A stretch of DNA of 64,000 bases. Origin: Dehalococcoidia bacterium. Lineage in GTDB: Bacteria > Chloroflexota > Dehalococcoidia > Bin125. Position numbers and translations under genes: made by a program. This document shows, piece by piece, positions 26,774-37,400 of this stretch (positions within the stretch are counted from its first letter, which is position 1; every line of letters starts with the position of its first letter). The notes beneath the pieces were generated by a model, which was not told the origin of the DNA, did not search any database, and worked only from the letters and a program-made list of their open reading frames with translations. The stretch is taken from contig CAXXSR010000001.1 in NCBI GenBank assembly GCA_963662615.2, positions 992,001 through 1,056,000 on the forward strand. Direction: 5' to 3'.

Positions 26774-27955
26774 TTAGCCGGGCCACTCTCCCAACTGCAG
26801 CTCAATCTCGATGGTCTGACCGTCCCGGCCGATCCCGAAGGTCACGATCTCGCCCACGCTCATCTCATCGATGGAGAGGGCCAACTGCTCGAAGTCCTCC
26901 AGCGGCACACCGTCCAGCGTCAGGAGGCGGTCGTCGGATTGCAGGCTCGCTGCGGCCGCGGGGCTCTCGGGGACCACGACGCCGATCAGCAGCCCCGCTT
27001 CGTCGTCGCTGAGGCCCTGGATCCCCATCCACGGGTGCAGGACCTCTTCGCCGGCGATCATCTGCAGCAGGAACCGCTCCACGGTGTTGGAGGCAATGGC
27101 AAAGCCCACGCCCACGCTGCCGCGCACCGGGCTCTCCACGCTGGCGGTCACGCCAATGAGCTCACCAGATGCGTTGATCAGCACGCCCCCCGAGTTCCCG
27201 GGGTTGATCGCCGCGTCCGTCTGGATCAGGCCGCGCTGTGGCCGGCCGCCCATCTGCAAGCCGGCTCGCGTTCGTTCGATCGCCGAGACCACGCCCGTCG
27301 TCAGGCTGGTCTGCAACCCGAACGGGTTGCCGATGGCGGCGACCGGCTCTCCCACTTGCACCGCATCGGAGTCCGCCAGCGGCACAGGAATTATGTCGAG
27401 TCCGCTCGGGTCCACCTTCAGCACCGCCAGGTCGTTGGCACGGTCGAAGCCCAGCACCTCCGCCGGCACGACGGTGCCGTCGGCGAGGATGACGTCGGCA
27501 TCAGTCGCCCCCGCGACGACGTGATAGTTCGTGACGATGTGGCCGTCCCTGTCGATGAAGAAGCCACTGCCGCCGCCAACGCCAACCTGGATGGCCACGA
27601 CCGAGGGACTGACATCCTCGAAGAGTTGCACCGGATCGAACGCCGCCACGGCAGCGGCCAGCTGCGCCTGCGCGGGCGCATCCTCAGGCGCATTCTCGGG
27701 AACTGCGACGGCGGGCCCCTCCGGCTCGACGACCGTCGCCCCCGCCACCTCCGCCTCCACGGCGGCGACGGGCTCGGTGCTGGTCTCCTCCGCCGCGACC
27801 GACGTCAACTGCTCGGTCGTTGCCGCCGGCGCCTCAATGATCGTAGTGCCGCCGTCGTCGTCGACGGCCACCACGATCACCGCCGTGATTACGGCCGCCA
27901 GGGCGCCTGTAACTGCGGGGAAGACCAGGGACTTCAAATTCAGCCTTGGCCGCAT
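26774..27955 (-). CDS. HtrA/DegP-like trypsin serine protease with PDZ domain
   Basis: GSGFFID..HIVTNYHVV, DLAVLKV, IGNPFG, IQTDAAINPGNSGG; N-terminal TM. Confidence 0.93.
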   Translation of the reverse strand: MRPRLNLKSLVFPAVTGALAAVITAVIVVAVDDDGGTTIIEAPAATTEQLTSVAAEETSTEPVAAVEAEVAGATVVEPEGPAVAVPENAPEDAPAQAQLAAAVAAFDPVQLFEDVSPSVVAIQVGVGGGSGFFIDRDGHIVTNYHVVAGATDADVILADGTVVPAEVLGFDRANDLAVLKVDPSGLDIIPVPLADSDAVQVGEPVAAIGNPFGLQTSLTTGVVSAIERTRAGLQMGGRPQRGLIQTDAAINPGNSGGVLINASGELIGVTASVESPVRGSVGVGFAIASNTVERFLLQMIAGEEVLHPWMGIQGLSDDEAGLLIGVVVPESPAAAASLQSDDRLLTLDGVPLEDFEQLALSIDEMSVGEIVTFGIGRDGQTIEIELQLGEWPG

Positions 27956-28050
27956 GGGACCCCCTCCCTTTCACTTGTGGCTGGCTCTCCTACATACGGT
28001 AACGGCAGCGCCCGTCGCCAGGATGCGTTGCCGAGTGCGCAATGGCCACT

Positions 28051-28143
28051 TCTGCCAGAACCCTTACCAGTTTCTGACGTGCCTTTTACAAACCACCATG
28101 TCTTACGAGCCACCGTGACTTAGGAGCCACCGTGTCTTAGGAG
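28051..28143. promoter_or_regulatory. Repeat array upstream of the htrA-like gene: four hexamers at 11-bp period plus a 17-bp tandem repeat x3
   Basis: TCTGCC 28051, CCTTAC 28062, TCTGAC 28073, TTTTAC 28084; CCACCRTGWCTTASGAG at 28093, 28110, 28127. Confidence 0.55.
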
Positions 28144-28190
28144 CGACAGCGTTCCCGGCCTCATGGTGGCGACACCCTGATGGCGGCGAG

Positions 28191-29273
28191 CTAAGAGGAT
28201 GACGGGGAGGCGGCGATGACGGCGTGGCGCTCGCCGGCGTGGTGGCGCGACGCCAGGAAGGCGTACATCGCCACGCCGGCCGCCATGGCGACGTTGAGAC
28301 TGTCAATGCGGCCATAGACCGGGATCTCCACCTGCCGCTCCGCCGCCTCAAGAAAGGCCGGGGGCAGGCCGTCCCCCTCGTTGCCCACGACGATCAATGG
28401 TCGCTCCGGCCACTCCACCGTGAACAGCGATTCGGCCTCCGGCCCCTGCTGCAACGCCACGATCTCGTACCCTTCGCGCCGGGCGCGCTGGATGCAGGCA
28501 AGCGGCGTGGGGATGACCTCCACGGGCAGCCACCAGTCGCTGCCCTTCGTCGCGGGCCGGTAGTAGAAATCCCGCCCCACGATCCAGACCGCCTCCGCTC
28601 CCGCCGCCTCCGCGCTGCGGATCAGCACCCCCAGATTGACGCCGTAGGAAAAATTGAACGCGGCGACGGCGAAGGAGCGCGGGCGCGGCATCGCGCTGTC
28701 CGCGGGCGGCCGCAGTCCGAACGGCCGCAGCGCCGACTCCGAGAGCGATTTCGGATCCGCCGCTCCGCTCTTGCCGCGCGCGGCCATCACCTCCAAAGCG
28801 CGACCGGCCCGGCGCCGGACGGCCGGCTCGCCGTCGGCCGCCAGACGCTGGAGCAGCGGCGTCGCAGGCTCGCCCACCGCGGCCAGCGCCACGCACGCCG
28901 CCCGTTTCCCCTTCTCCGACGCCCCCGGCAGCCACGCGCCCATCTGCTCCACCAGCTCGCCGGCGTCCAGGCGCGGCAGCAGCGTCATGGCCCGACGGCG
29001 CAGCCGCCGGTTCTCCGACGTCAGCGCCGGCAGCAGCGCCGCGATCGCCTGGGCGGCCGGCGCCGACTGGAGAGCGATCCGCGCCTCGCCCCGGAGGAAC
29101 GGATGCGCCGCATGAAGCGCCGTCTCCACACAGCGCTCCACCCAGCCCTCCCCGCCGCTTGCGGGCAGCGCTCGGATCGCGAGTCCGTCACGGTAGGCCG
29201 CGTCGTCGCGCGCGCTCAGGGGTGGGACTGTGTCGAGCCCCTCGCGATCGGTCATCCCCATCCCGTTTCCCAT
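28191..29273 (-). CDS. TrmH/SpoU RNA methyltransferase with N-terminal HEAT-like repeats
   Basis: NLGVLIRSAEAAG, VGNEGDGL, EIPVYGRIDSLNVAMA; N-terminal LTSENRRLRRRA..L and LAADGEPAVRRRAGRAL. Confidence 0.85.
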   Translation of the reverse strand: MGNGMGMTDREGLDTVPPLSARDDAAYRDGLAIRALPASGGEGWVERCVETALHAAHPFLRGEARIALQSAPAAQAIAALLPALTSENRRLRRRAMTLLPRLDAGELVEQMGAWLPGASEKGKRAACVALAAVGEPATPLLQRLAADGEPAVRRRAGRALEVMAARGKSGAADPKSLSESALRPFGLRPPADSAMPRPRSFAVAAFNFSYGVNLGVLIRSAEAAGAEAVWIVGRDFYYRPATKGSDWWLPVEVIPTPLACIQRARREGYEIVALQQGPEAESLFTVEWPERPLIVVGNEGDGLPPAFLEAAERQVEIPVYGRIDSLNVAMAAGVAMYAFLASRHHAGERHAVIAASPSSS

Positions 29274-29410
29274 CGCCTGCTCCGCCGCCGCGACTGTACT
29301 CCTTCGCGTTCTGGACCTGCATCCGCGCCGGCATCGACCCCGGCCCCTTTTCGCCGCAGCTTGGTGGCGCACGGTTGGTGGCACGCAGCGCCGCTCGGTA
29401 CCATGCCGCC

Positions 29411-29824
29411 ATGCCGGTCCGCCGCGAGACCCGCGTCGCCAGCGATCCTGCCACCGTCTACGAGGTCGCGCGCGGGCGCCTGTTCCGGCACGTGGAGAGC
29501 AGTGCCTTCGAGATCACCGAGGATGATCCGGGCCGCGCCCTGGGGATCGGCTGGCGGGGCGCCCTGGGATCGTCGCGCTACCGATTCCAGATTGGGGCTG
29601 CTGGCATTGGGGACAGGGGCATTGGGGCCGGGGGCACTGGGGCCAGGGGCACAGAGACGCGCGTCGCCGCCACCCTCTGGCTTGGCGGGCTCGCCGGCCC
29701 CTTCCATGCCCTCTTCCACCGGCGGCGCCACTCGAGGCACCTCGATCGCTGGCTCCGCGACATCAAGCAGGCCGCCGAGGAGGCGACGGCGAAGCGGCCG
29801 ACGTCGCCTCCGAATCCGCCTTAG
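29411..29824 (+). CDS. Small SRPBCC-like hypothetical protein
   Basis: VASDPATVYE start, LRDIKQAAE end; internal 15-bp Gly-rich repeats at 29591-29650. Confidence 0.55.
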   Translation: MPVRRETRVASDPATVYEVARGRLFRHVESSAFEITEDDPGRALGIGWRGALGSSRYRFQIGAAGIGDRGIGAGGTGARGTETRVAATLWLGGLAGPFHALFHRRRHSRHLDRWLRDIKQAAEEATAKRPTSPPNPP

Positions 29825-29964
29825 GCGGCGCAGCCGGGCGGAGGCGGGCGGAGGCGAGGCGTCGGCATCGATCACGCAGTGGATAGAGCGCGCGTTGGAT
29901 ATACTTCGCGCGGCCTCGGCGCCCGGCGGGAGAATGCATTGAGCGAGGTTGGGGGAGTAGACGC

Positions 29965-30795
29965 ATGGCAGCAATGGAACTGACAGGATTTACCGGCAAG
30001 GTGGCGGTGATCACCGGCGCCGGGCGCATGCGCAGCATCGGCCGCCCCATCGCCGTGGAACTGGCCAAGGCCGGCTGCGACATTGTCCTCACCGGCACCG
30101 GCCGCGACCCGGACAACTACCCCGACGACGAGAAGGCCGCCGGCTGGCACGACACTGAGTCCGTGGCCGAAGAGGTCCGGGCCGCCGGTCGCTGCGCCCT
30201 GGCGCTGGTCAGCGACGTCTCTGAACCCGCCGCCGTCGAAGCCCTCCTGCAACGTGTCATCGCTGACTTCGGCCGCGTCGATTTCGTCGTCAACAACGCC
30301 GGCTTCGCCCGCGGGCCCGACCGCATGCCCGTCGTGGAGCTGCCGGTGGAGCTATGGCGGAAGGTGATCGACATCAATCTCACCGGCACCTTCCTCATGT
30401 CCCACACGTTCGGCGGCCGTCTCATTGAGCAGGGGGAGGGCGGCGCCATCATCAACATCTCCTCCATCGCCGGAAAGCTTATGCCGCCCAACGCCGCCGC
30501 CTACGCCTCCAGCAAGGCGGGCCTGCAGGCCCTGACCGCGTGCATGGCGCGGGAGGTTGGCCGCTACCAGGTCCGCGTCAACGCGATCTGTCCCGGCATC
30601 ATTGACACCTTCCGCATGGACGACCTTGGCCGCGGCGATGCCTGGGACAAGATGGTGGAGGAGCGCGTCCCCCTGGGCCGCGCCGGCCTGGGCATCGATG
30701 TCGCCAACATGACGGTCTTCCTCTGCAGCGAGCAGGGCGTCTGGGTCACCGGCCAGGCAATCAACGTCGACGGCGGCACCGCCGTACAGCGCTGA
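29965..30795 (+). CDS. Short-chain dehydrogenase/reductase
   Basis: ITGAGRMRSIG, VNNAG, YASSKAG, TGQAINVDGG. Confidence 0.93.
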   Translation: MAAMELTGFTGKVAVITGAGRMRSIGRPIAVELAKAGCDIVLTGTGRDPDNYPDDEKAAGWHDTESVAEEVRAAGRCALALVSDVSEPAAVEALLQRVIADFGRVDFVVNNAGFARGPDRMPVVELPVELWRKVIDINLTGTFLMSHTFGGRLIEQGEGGAIINISSIAGKLMPPNAAAYASSKAGLQALTACMAREVGRYQVRVNAICPGIIDTFRMDDLGRGDAWDKMVEERVPLGRAGLGIDVANMTVFLCSEQGVWVTGQAINVDGGTAVQR

Positions 30796-30815
30796 CGGCC
30801 GCCCGGGAACGGCGT

Positions 30816-31436
30816 TCAGTCCGGCCCGCCACCCGGTGGTCGGAACGGCGCGTAGTCGATGGTGCGCATGCGGCTGGCGGAATCCGGCACGTCATGGGCA
30901 AGTTTGCGCCCGTACTCCTCCGCCCAGGCCTGCGGCATGAGCTGCTGTACCTCCTGCCAGCGGACCGGCTCGCCCGGCCGCAGGCGCTCGGCTTCCTCCA
31001 CCACCGCCAGAATCACCGTCATGTCGCCGCCGTCCATGGCGTTGACCACCCGGCAGACGAGGCTGCCCAAGGCGTCGTCCAGCATGGGCAGGCCCGCTCG
31101 CCCGGCGTGCCAGCGCACGCCCTCAAGTCCGCCATCGTCGAACTTGTCTTCTTCCGCCTGCGAGCGAAAGCCGAAGTGCCGCACCCAGCGCCACTGATCG
31201 CGCGGGATCAGATGTACGGCGCAGCGGCCGCTGTCGCGGATTAAGGCGTGCGTGTAGTTGCGCTTTTGGATCTCAAGCAGGAGACGGGGCTGCTCCGGCA
31301 CGATCGACGCGGCGAAGGCGCTCACCGCGATCATGCCGCCCCGCTCCCCCGCCGCCGCCGCCGCCGTCACGACCACCAGCGGCGACCACAGCAGCGTCAG
31401 CAGCGACGCCGCTCCCTCAACGGACATGGCCACCAT
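30816..31436 (-). CDS. Flavin reductase-like FMN-binding protein
   Basis: LVVVTA..GERGGM, ASIVPEQPRLL, FGFRS..DKF, CRVVNAMDGGD. Confidence 0.8.
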   Translation of the reverse strand: MVAMSVEGAASLLTLLWSPLVVVTAAAAAGERGGMIAVSAFAASIVPEQPRLLLEIQKRNYTHALIRDSGRCAVHLIPRDQWRWVRHFGFRSQAEEDKFDDGGLEGVRWHAGRAGLPMLDDALGSLVCRVVNAMDGGDMTVILAVVEEAERLRPGEPVRWQEVQQLMPQAWAEEYGRKLAHDVPDSASRMRTIDYAPFRPPGGGPD

Positions 31437-31460
31437 CCTTGGCGCTCCGGCCCGCCTCCC

Positions 31461-32204
31461 TCACCGCTCTACCGTGCGCCGTCCGGCCGACGAGGAGGGC
31501 GGCGAACCGTCGGCCTCCTCCGGAGGAACGCCCACCGTCGGCGGACTGACGCGGCGCTTCCGCAGCGCGAAGTAGCTGAGCGGGAGGATGAGGAACGCCG
31601 CCACCACCGCCAGCGCGATCCCGGCCACCAGCTTGTTGTCGGTCACGTTCTCTCCCACCACGGAGGCGGCGATGAGAATGGGCACGCTCGCGACAGCCGA
31701 GATGATCAGGTAAGGCGGGAAGCGCATGCGCGTCAGCCCGGCCGCGTACGACACGTAGTCCGCGCCAAAGATCGGAAAGAGCCGCAGGTAGATCAGGACG
31801 CGCAGCCCGAGCTGATCGGCCAGCCGGTCCACCTGCCGCACCGTCCGCTCCGCCATCAACCGTTCCAGGATGGGCCGGCCCCAGCGGCGGGCGATGTAGA
31901 AGGTGACGGAGGCCCCGATCGCGCCCGCGATCATTGTGTAAAAGAACGCGGCCACGCCACCGAACGCCGCCGCGGCGGCGAACGGCGCCGGCGTCGTGGG
32001 CACCGGCGCCACGATCATGGAGGCGGCGAAGAAGAGGATGTAGAGGATGGGACCCCAGGCGCCGAGATCCTTCATCCAACGCTCAGCGTCGTCGTAGTCC
32101 CAGGGCGACACTCGCTCAATGAGCTGATCGGCGACCACCAGCAGCCCCAGCGCGATCAGCACGGCCGCGATGATGAAAAGCGCTTGACGGCGCGTGAGAT
32201 CCAT
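31461..32204 (-). CDS. TVP38/TMEM64 (DedA/VTT) membrane protein
   Basis: GAIGASVTFYIARRWGR, LRLFP, VSYAAGLTRMRF. Confidence 0.88.
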   Translation of the reverse strand: MDLTRRQALFIIAAVLIALGLLVVADQLIERVSPWDYDDAERWMKDLGAWGPILYILFFAASMIVAPVPTTPAPFAAAAAFGGVAAFFYTMIAGAIGASVTFYIARRWGRPILERLMAERTVRQVDRLADQLGLRVLIYLRLFPIFGADYVSYAAGLTRMRFPPYLIISAVASVPILIAASVVGENVTDNKLVAGIALAVVAAFLILPLSYFALRKRRVSPPTVGVPPEEADGSPPSSSAGRRTVER

Positions 32205-32358
32205 TCGCTCTGATCATACCGTCTCCTCCCCTACCGGCCGGGATCGGCGGCAACATTGCGGCGGCAAACCGGGCTCCTGCCTGCATCCGTATGTTAAGCA
32301 AAGGCTGAAAGACTCGACCGAGAGCACTACGGACGCGCGTGCGGATTGGAGCCTTGCG

Positions 32359-32532
32359 ATGATCCGGGAAGTTGTCGAGATCACCTGCCTGGCCTGCGGC
32401 CGAAACCTGGGCAAGCTGGAGCGGAGCGACGCCGCGCTCGTGCGCAAGGAGGGCACCGGCCTCGCCTGTGGACGTTGCGGCGGGCGCGCCCTCTTCGGCC
32501 CGGCGGAGCGGCAGGTGAGCTACGCCGCTTGA
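32359..32532 (+). CDS. Small zinc-ribbon protein (57 aa)
   Basis: GGAG RBS, ATG 32359; CLACGR...CGRCGG. Confidence 0.7.
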   Translation: MIREVVEITCLACGRNLGKLERSDAALVRKEGTGLACGRCGGRALFGPAERQVSYAA

Positions 32533-32708
32533 GTCGCGCCGTCTGGCGCAACATCGTGAAAGGTGCGCCGGCCCCGCCGCAAAGCGGGGCTGGTCTCTCC
32601 GCGGCGGTCGCGCTCGCCTGAGCCGCCGACCGCCAACCCTGTTCGCAGGATTTCGGAGCGACTACTGTAGAGCAGTCTCGCTTCAGGTCGGCGGGGCAGA
32701 GGTCCGTC

Positions 32709-34100
32709 TTGAGCAGCACCATCGACGATCGCTTCACGGCGGCGCACGCCGGATCCGCGGCGCTGCACGAAGAGGCCGTCACCCGTCTCCCCAGCGGCGT
32801 CACCCACGACACGCGTTACTTTCAGCCCTTCCCCATCTACGTGGAGAGGGCAGCCGGGGCGCGCAAGTGGGACGTGGACGGCAACGAGATCGTTGACTTC
32901 GTCATGGGCCACGGCGCGCTCCTCTTCGGCCACGCGCATCCGCTCCTGGTCAAGGCGGTGCAACCGCTGCTGGAGCACGGCACCCACTACGGCGCCTCGC
33001 ATCGCCTGGAGATCGCCTGGGCCCGCGCGGTGCAGGCGCTGATTCCCAGCGCGGAGAAAGTTCGCTTCACTTCGTCCGGCACGGAGGCGACCATGCTCGC
33101 GGTGCGCCTGGCGCGCGCCGCCACCGGCCGATCGCGCCTGCTCGAGCTCCGCAACCACTTCCACGGCTGGAACGACAGCGTCATGACGGGGGCGCGCAAT
33201 AGCGCCGGCTACGTCTCCAGCGCCGGCCTGCCTGCCGCCATGACGGAAGCGGTGACCGTCGTGGACCAGCACGACACGAAGAGCATCGCCGCCGAACTGG
33301 AGAGCGAGTCGTATGCCGCCGCGATCTGCGAGCCGGGGGGCTACAGTTGGGGCACCTGCCCCCTGGCAACTTCGGTGCTAGAACTCCTGCGGGATCGCAC
33401 GGCGGCGACGGGCGCCCTCCTCATCTTCGATGAAGTGGTCACCGGCTTCCGCGCCTCGCCGGGCGGGGTCCAGAGCCTGGTGGGCGTACGACCGGACCTG
33501 ACCGCGCTGGCCAAGGTGCTGGCCGGAGGGATGCCCGGCGGCGCCGTCGCGGGCCGGGCCGACCTGCTCGACCAGATGGCCTTTCCCAGCCCCGGCGCCG
33601 GCACGCCCAACGGCGATCGCAGCCCCGACGGCGCCCGCGATCGCGTCGCCCACCCCGGCACCTTCAACGCCAATCCACTCAGCGCCGCTGCCGGTATCGC
33701 CGCGCTCACGGAGGTGAGGACGGGCGAGCCGATCCGCATCGCCAACGAGCGCTCTCGCCGGCTCTGTGCCGGCTTCAACCGGGCCATTCGGGAGCGCGAG
33801 GTGCCCGGAGCGGCCTACGGCGAAGCCTCCATGGTGCACGTCCTGCTGGGCCAACACGTGCCGCCCCCCACCGACGGGTTCACCTGGTCCTGGGGCGACG
33901 CCGGCCCGCAGAGCCTGGTCCCCGAGACGCCGGACGCGGTCCGCTGGCCGTTCCGCCGCAGCCTCCTCAACCACGGCGTCGACCTCATGGGGGGGATGGG
34001 GGCGCTGGTCTCCTGCGTCCACAGCGAGGCCGACATCGACGAGGCCATCGAGGCCTTCCAAGCGGCGCTGTCGGACCTCCGCCGCGAGGACCTCCTCTAA
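32709..34100 (+). CDS. Class III aminotransferase (glutamate-1-semialdehyde aminomutase-like)
   Basis: WDVDGNE, RFTSSGTEATM, FHGWND, FDEVVTGFR, LAKVLAGG, GTFNANP. Confidence 0.9.
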   Translation: MSSTIDDRFTAAHAGSAALHEEAVTRLPSGVTHDTRYFQPFPIYVERAAGARKWDVDGNEIVDFVMGHGALLFGHAHPLLVKAVQPLLEHGTHYGASHRLEIAWARAVQALIPSAEKVRFTSSGTEATMLAVRLARAATGRSRLLELRNHFHGWNDSVMTGARNSAGYVSSAGLPAAMTEAVTVVDQHDTKSIAAELESESYAAAICEPGGYSWGTCPLATSVLELLRDRTAATGALLIFDEVVTGFRASPGGVQSLVGVRPDLTALAKVLAGGMPGGAVAGRADLLDQMAFPSPGAGTPNGDRSPDGARDRVAHPGTFNANPLSAAAGIAALTEVRTGEPIRIANERSRRLCAGFNRAIREREVPGAAYGEASMVHVLLGQHVPPPTDGFTWSWGDAGPQSLVPETPDAVRWPFRRSLLNHGVDLMGGMGALVSCVHSEADIDEAIEAFQAALSDLRREDLL

Positions 34101-34188
34101 CAGAACGCCCCAAGCAGCCCACCTGGAAGCGGCCCGGCGCCGGGCATCACAATCTGTTCCTTCTCTCGGGTGTCCTCTTGTTTCTATT

Positions 34189-34211
34189 CTATCGATTGAA
34201 ATACTCGATAG
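34189..34211. promoter_or_regulatory. Operator-like inverted repeat in the AT-rich gltB upstream region
   Basis: CTATCGA-N9-TCGATAG. Confidence 0.4.
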
Positions 34212-34450
34212 CATTCTCGACATCCTGGTGAGCGCATGGGAAAATCTTCACACCTTTGTGCGAGCGGTGAGCCAGCGTCCGCTATGCTCACCACCCCGCT
34301 GCGGGCAAGGCAGCGGGTTTTCGTATTCCATCGCGGTCGGCCTCGAGCGAGACGGGACTGAGAGGGCGTCACTGGTTCCCCGATCCGCCGCTCTTCGCCG
34401 CGCTGCGGATAGGCAGAGACCGGTCGCACTTTCACGGGAGAGGGAGCGCT

Positions 34451-37400
34451 ATGGCGTGGCAGCCCCCGGCTCAGGCGGGGCTCTATGACCCCCAGGTTGC
34501 GCACGACGCCTGCGGCGTCGGCTTCATCGCCAACGTCAACGGCACGCGCTCGCACGAGATCGTGGCGCTGGCGGTCCGGGCGATCGGCAATCTCACCCAT
34601 CGCGGCGCCGTCAACGCCGACCCCATGACGGGCGACGGCGTGGGACTCACGATCCAGATCCCCTTCGAGCTGCTGGAAGAGTACGCAGCGCGATTCGATC
34701 GCTCGCTCGAGCACAGCGACGATCTGGTCGTCGCCATGACCTTCCTGCCGTCCCCAGAGGCGGACCGCCCCGCCGCTCGGGCCATTCTGGAGGAGGCCGC
34801 TGACAGCTGCGGCCTGGAGGTGATCGGCTGGCGCGTGGTTCCGACGGATCCCTCCGTCTTGGGCGCCTCGGCGCTCGAGTCGCTGCCCGGGATCGAACAG
34901 CTTCTCATGGTGCGTCCGCCCGGCCTGGAGCGCGATGACTTCCAGCGGGCCATCTACCTGGCCCGCCGCCGCGCCGAGCGCGCCTACCGCGAGCGCGCGC
35001 TTGACTGCTACATCGTTTCCATGTCCGCCCGCACCGTGGTCTACAAGGGCCTGATGGTCGCGCACCAGCTCGACCGCTTCTACGCCGACCTCAAGGATGC
35101 ACGCGCGGTCTCGGCCCTGGCCCTGTTCCATCAGCGCTTCGCCACCAACACGCTGCCCAACTGGAAGCTGGCGCAGCCGTTCCGCTACCTCGCCCACAAC
35201 GGCGAGATCAACACCCTCGTCGGCAACCGCAATTGGATGAAGGCGCGCGATCGGGAGTTGACCGCTCCCGGGTGGGACGACCAACTCGCCGAGCTCGCGC
35301 CCAGCATCACCGACAGCGGCTCCGACAGCGCCTCTCTGGACGAGGCGCTCGACCTCCTCGTCAACTCGGGACGTGATCCACTCCACGCCATGATGATGCT
35401 GATCCCAGAAGCCTGGGAGAACATGCCCGACATTGACCCGGAGCTGCGCGGGTTCTACGAGTATCACGCCTGCCTCACCGAGCCCTGGGACGGCCCCGCC
35501 GCCGTCGCCTTCACGGACGGCGTTGTCGCCGCCGCCGCGCTTGACCGCAACGGTCTCCGGCCCGCCCGCTATCAGGTCACCCGCCAGGGCATGGTCGTGA
35601 TGGCCTCCGAAGTTGGCCTGCTCGGCCTGCCCATTGAAGACATCGTCGAATCGGGCCGCCTGGGGCCGGGCGAGATGATCGCCGTCGACACCGACCGCGG
35701 TCTCATTCTTCGCAACGATGCCATCAAGCGCCGCTTCGCCGCCCGCCGCCCCTACGCGGACTGGGTGCAGCGAGGCCTGGTCCATCTGGAGCCGGGGCTC
35801 GGCCACGTCGACGGGCGCCTGCGCTCGGAGCCCGCGGCCGACGTGGAGACCCGCCAAGTGCTTCACGGCTACACCAAAGAGGAGATGCAGTACGTCATCA
35901 AGCCCATGGTGCGCGCCGGCAAGGAGCCGGTGGGCTCCATGGGAGACGACACCCCCCCCTCGGCGCTGCAGGACGCGCCGCGCCTGCTCTACACGTACTT
36001 CCGGCAGCAGTTCGCCCAGGTCACCAACCCGCCCATCGACTCGCTGCGCGAGAAGATCGTTATGTCGCTGGACACGTACTTGGGCCGGCAACACTCGCTC
36101 CTGGAAGAGGGTCCGGAGGCGGCGCGCCTGATCCACCTGGCCAGCCCCCTCCTCCTGGATGAGGAGCTGGCCCGACTCCGAGAACTCCGTGTGGACGCCT
36201 TGAAGCTCACCACGCTCCATGCCCGCTTCCCCGCCGCCGCCGGCCCCCGAGGACTCCGCGCCGGCCTTGACGAACTGGCCGCCGCCGCGGACCGCGCCGT
36301 GGACCAGGGCCGCACCGTCCTGGTAATCAGCGACCGCTCCACAGACGCGGAGTGGGCCCCCATCCCCATGCTGCTCGCCATTGCCACGGTGCATCATCAC
36401 CTCATTCGCAGCGGCCGCCGCATGCGCGCCAGCCTGATCGCCGAGACCGGCGACGCTCGCGACGTCCACCACTTCGGCTGCCTGATCGGCTTCGGCGCCA
36501 GCGCCGTCAATCCCTATCTGGCCTTCGAGACGCTCCGCGCCCTCCACGCCGGCGGCGAGTTCGACGAAGACGGCTTCGACGACGTCTTGGGCCGCTACCA
36601 GCAGGCGATCGATGCCGGCATTCTCAAGATCATGTCCAAGATGGGCATCTCCGCCGTCTCCTCCTATCACGGCGCCCAGATCTTCGAGGCGCTCGGCGTC
36701 CGCGATGAGCTGATCGAGTACGCCTTCCCCGGCACGACCTCGCGCATTGGCGGCGTCGGCTTCGAGGATGTGGGGCGCGATGTGCTGGCGCGGCACGCCG
36801 AAGCCTATCCCGTCGCCCAGCTCGACCCCGGGGGCTGGTACAAGTACCGCCGCGACGGTGACTACCATGCCAACGAGCCCCCCGTCTGGCGCGCCCTCCA
36901 CAAGGTCGCCCAGGGCGGCGGCGAGGAGGAGTACCGCCAGTACGTGGAGACTGTGCAGCAGCGCCCGCCGGCGGCGCTCCGCGACCTCCTGGAGTTCCAC
37001 TCCGACCGCGACCCGATTCCGGTTGAGCAAGTAGAGGACATCGACGCCATCGTCCAGCGCTTTCAGACCGGCGCCATGTCCCTGGGCGCTCTGGGCCCGG
37101 AGGCGCACGAGGACATCGCCCGCGCCATGAACCTGCTGGGGGGGCGCTCCAACACCGGCGAGGGAGGCGAAGACCCCCGCCGCTTCCTGCCCGACGGCGA
37201 CAAGCGCGACGCCAATTCACAGGTGAAGCAGGTCGCCTCCGGCCGCTTCGGTGTGACCCCGGCCTACCTGGCCGGCGCCGCGGAGGTGGAGATCAAGATC
37301 GCTCAAGGGTCGAAGCCCGGCGAAGGCGGACAGCTCCCCGGCCACAAGGTTTCGCCCTACATCGCCTCCTTGCGCCATTCCACGCCGGGGGTCGAGCTGA

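Noticed and set aside
28093-28143. Plasmid iterons or CRISPR repeats
   Set aside because: Three contiguous 17-mers with no spacers and no rep gene.
32709-34100. Calling the aminotransferase hemL
   Set aside because: Family motifs are present but the sequence is divergent and no hem genes are adjacent.
34184-37108. 974-aa minus-strand ORF
   Set aside because: Antisense shadow of gltB.
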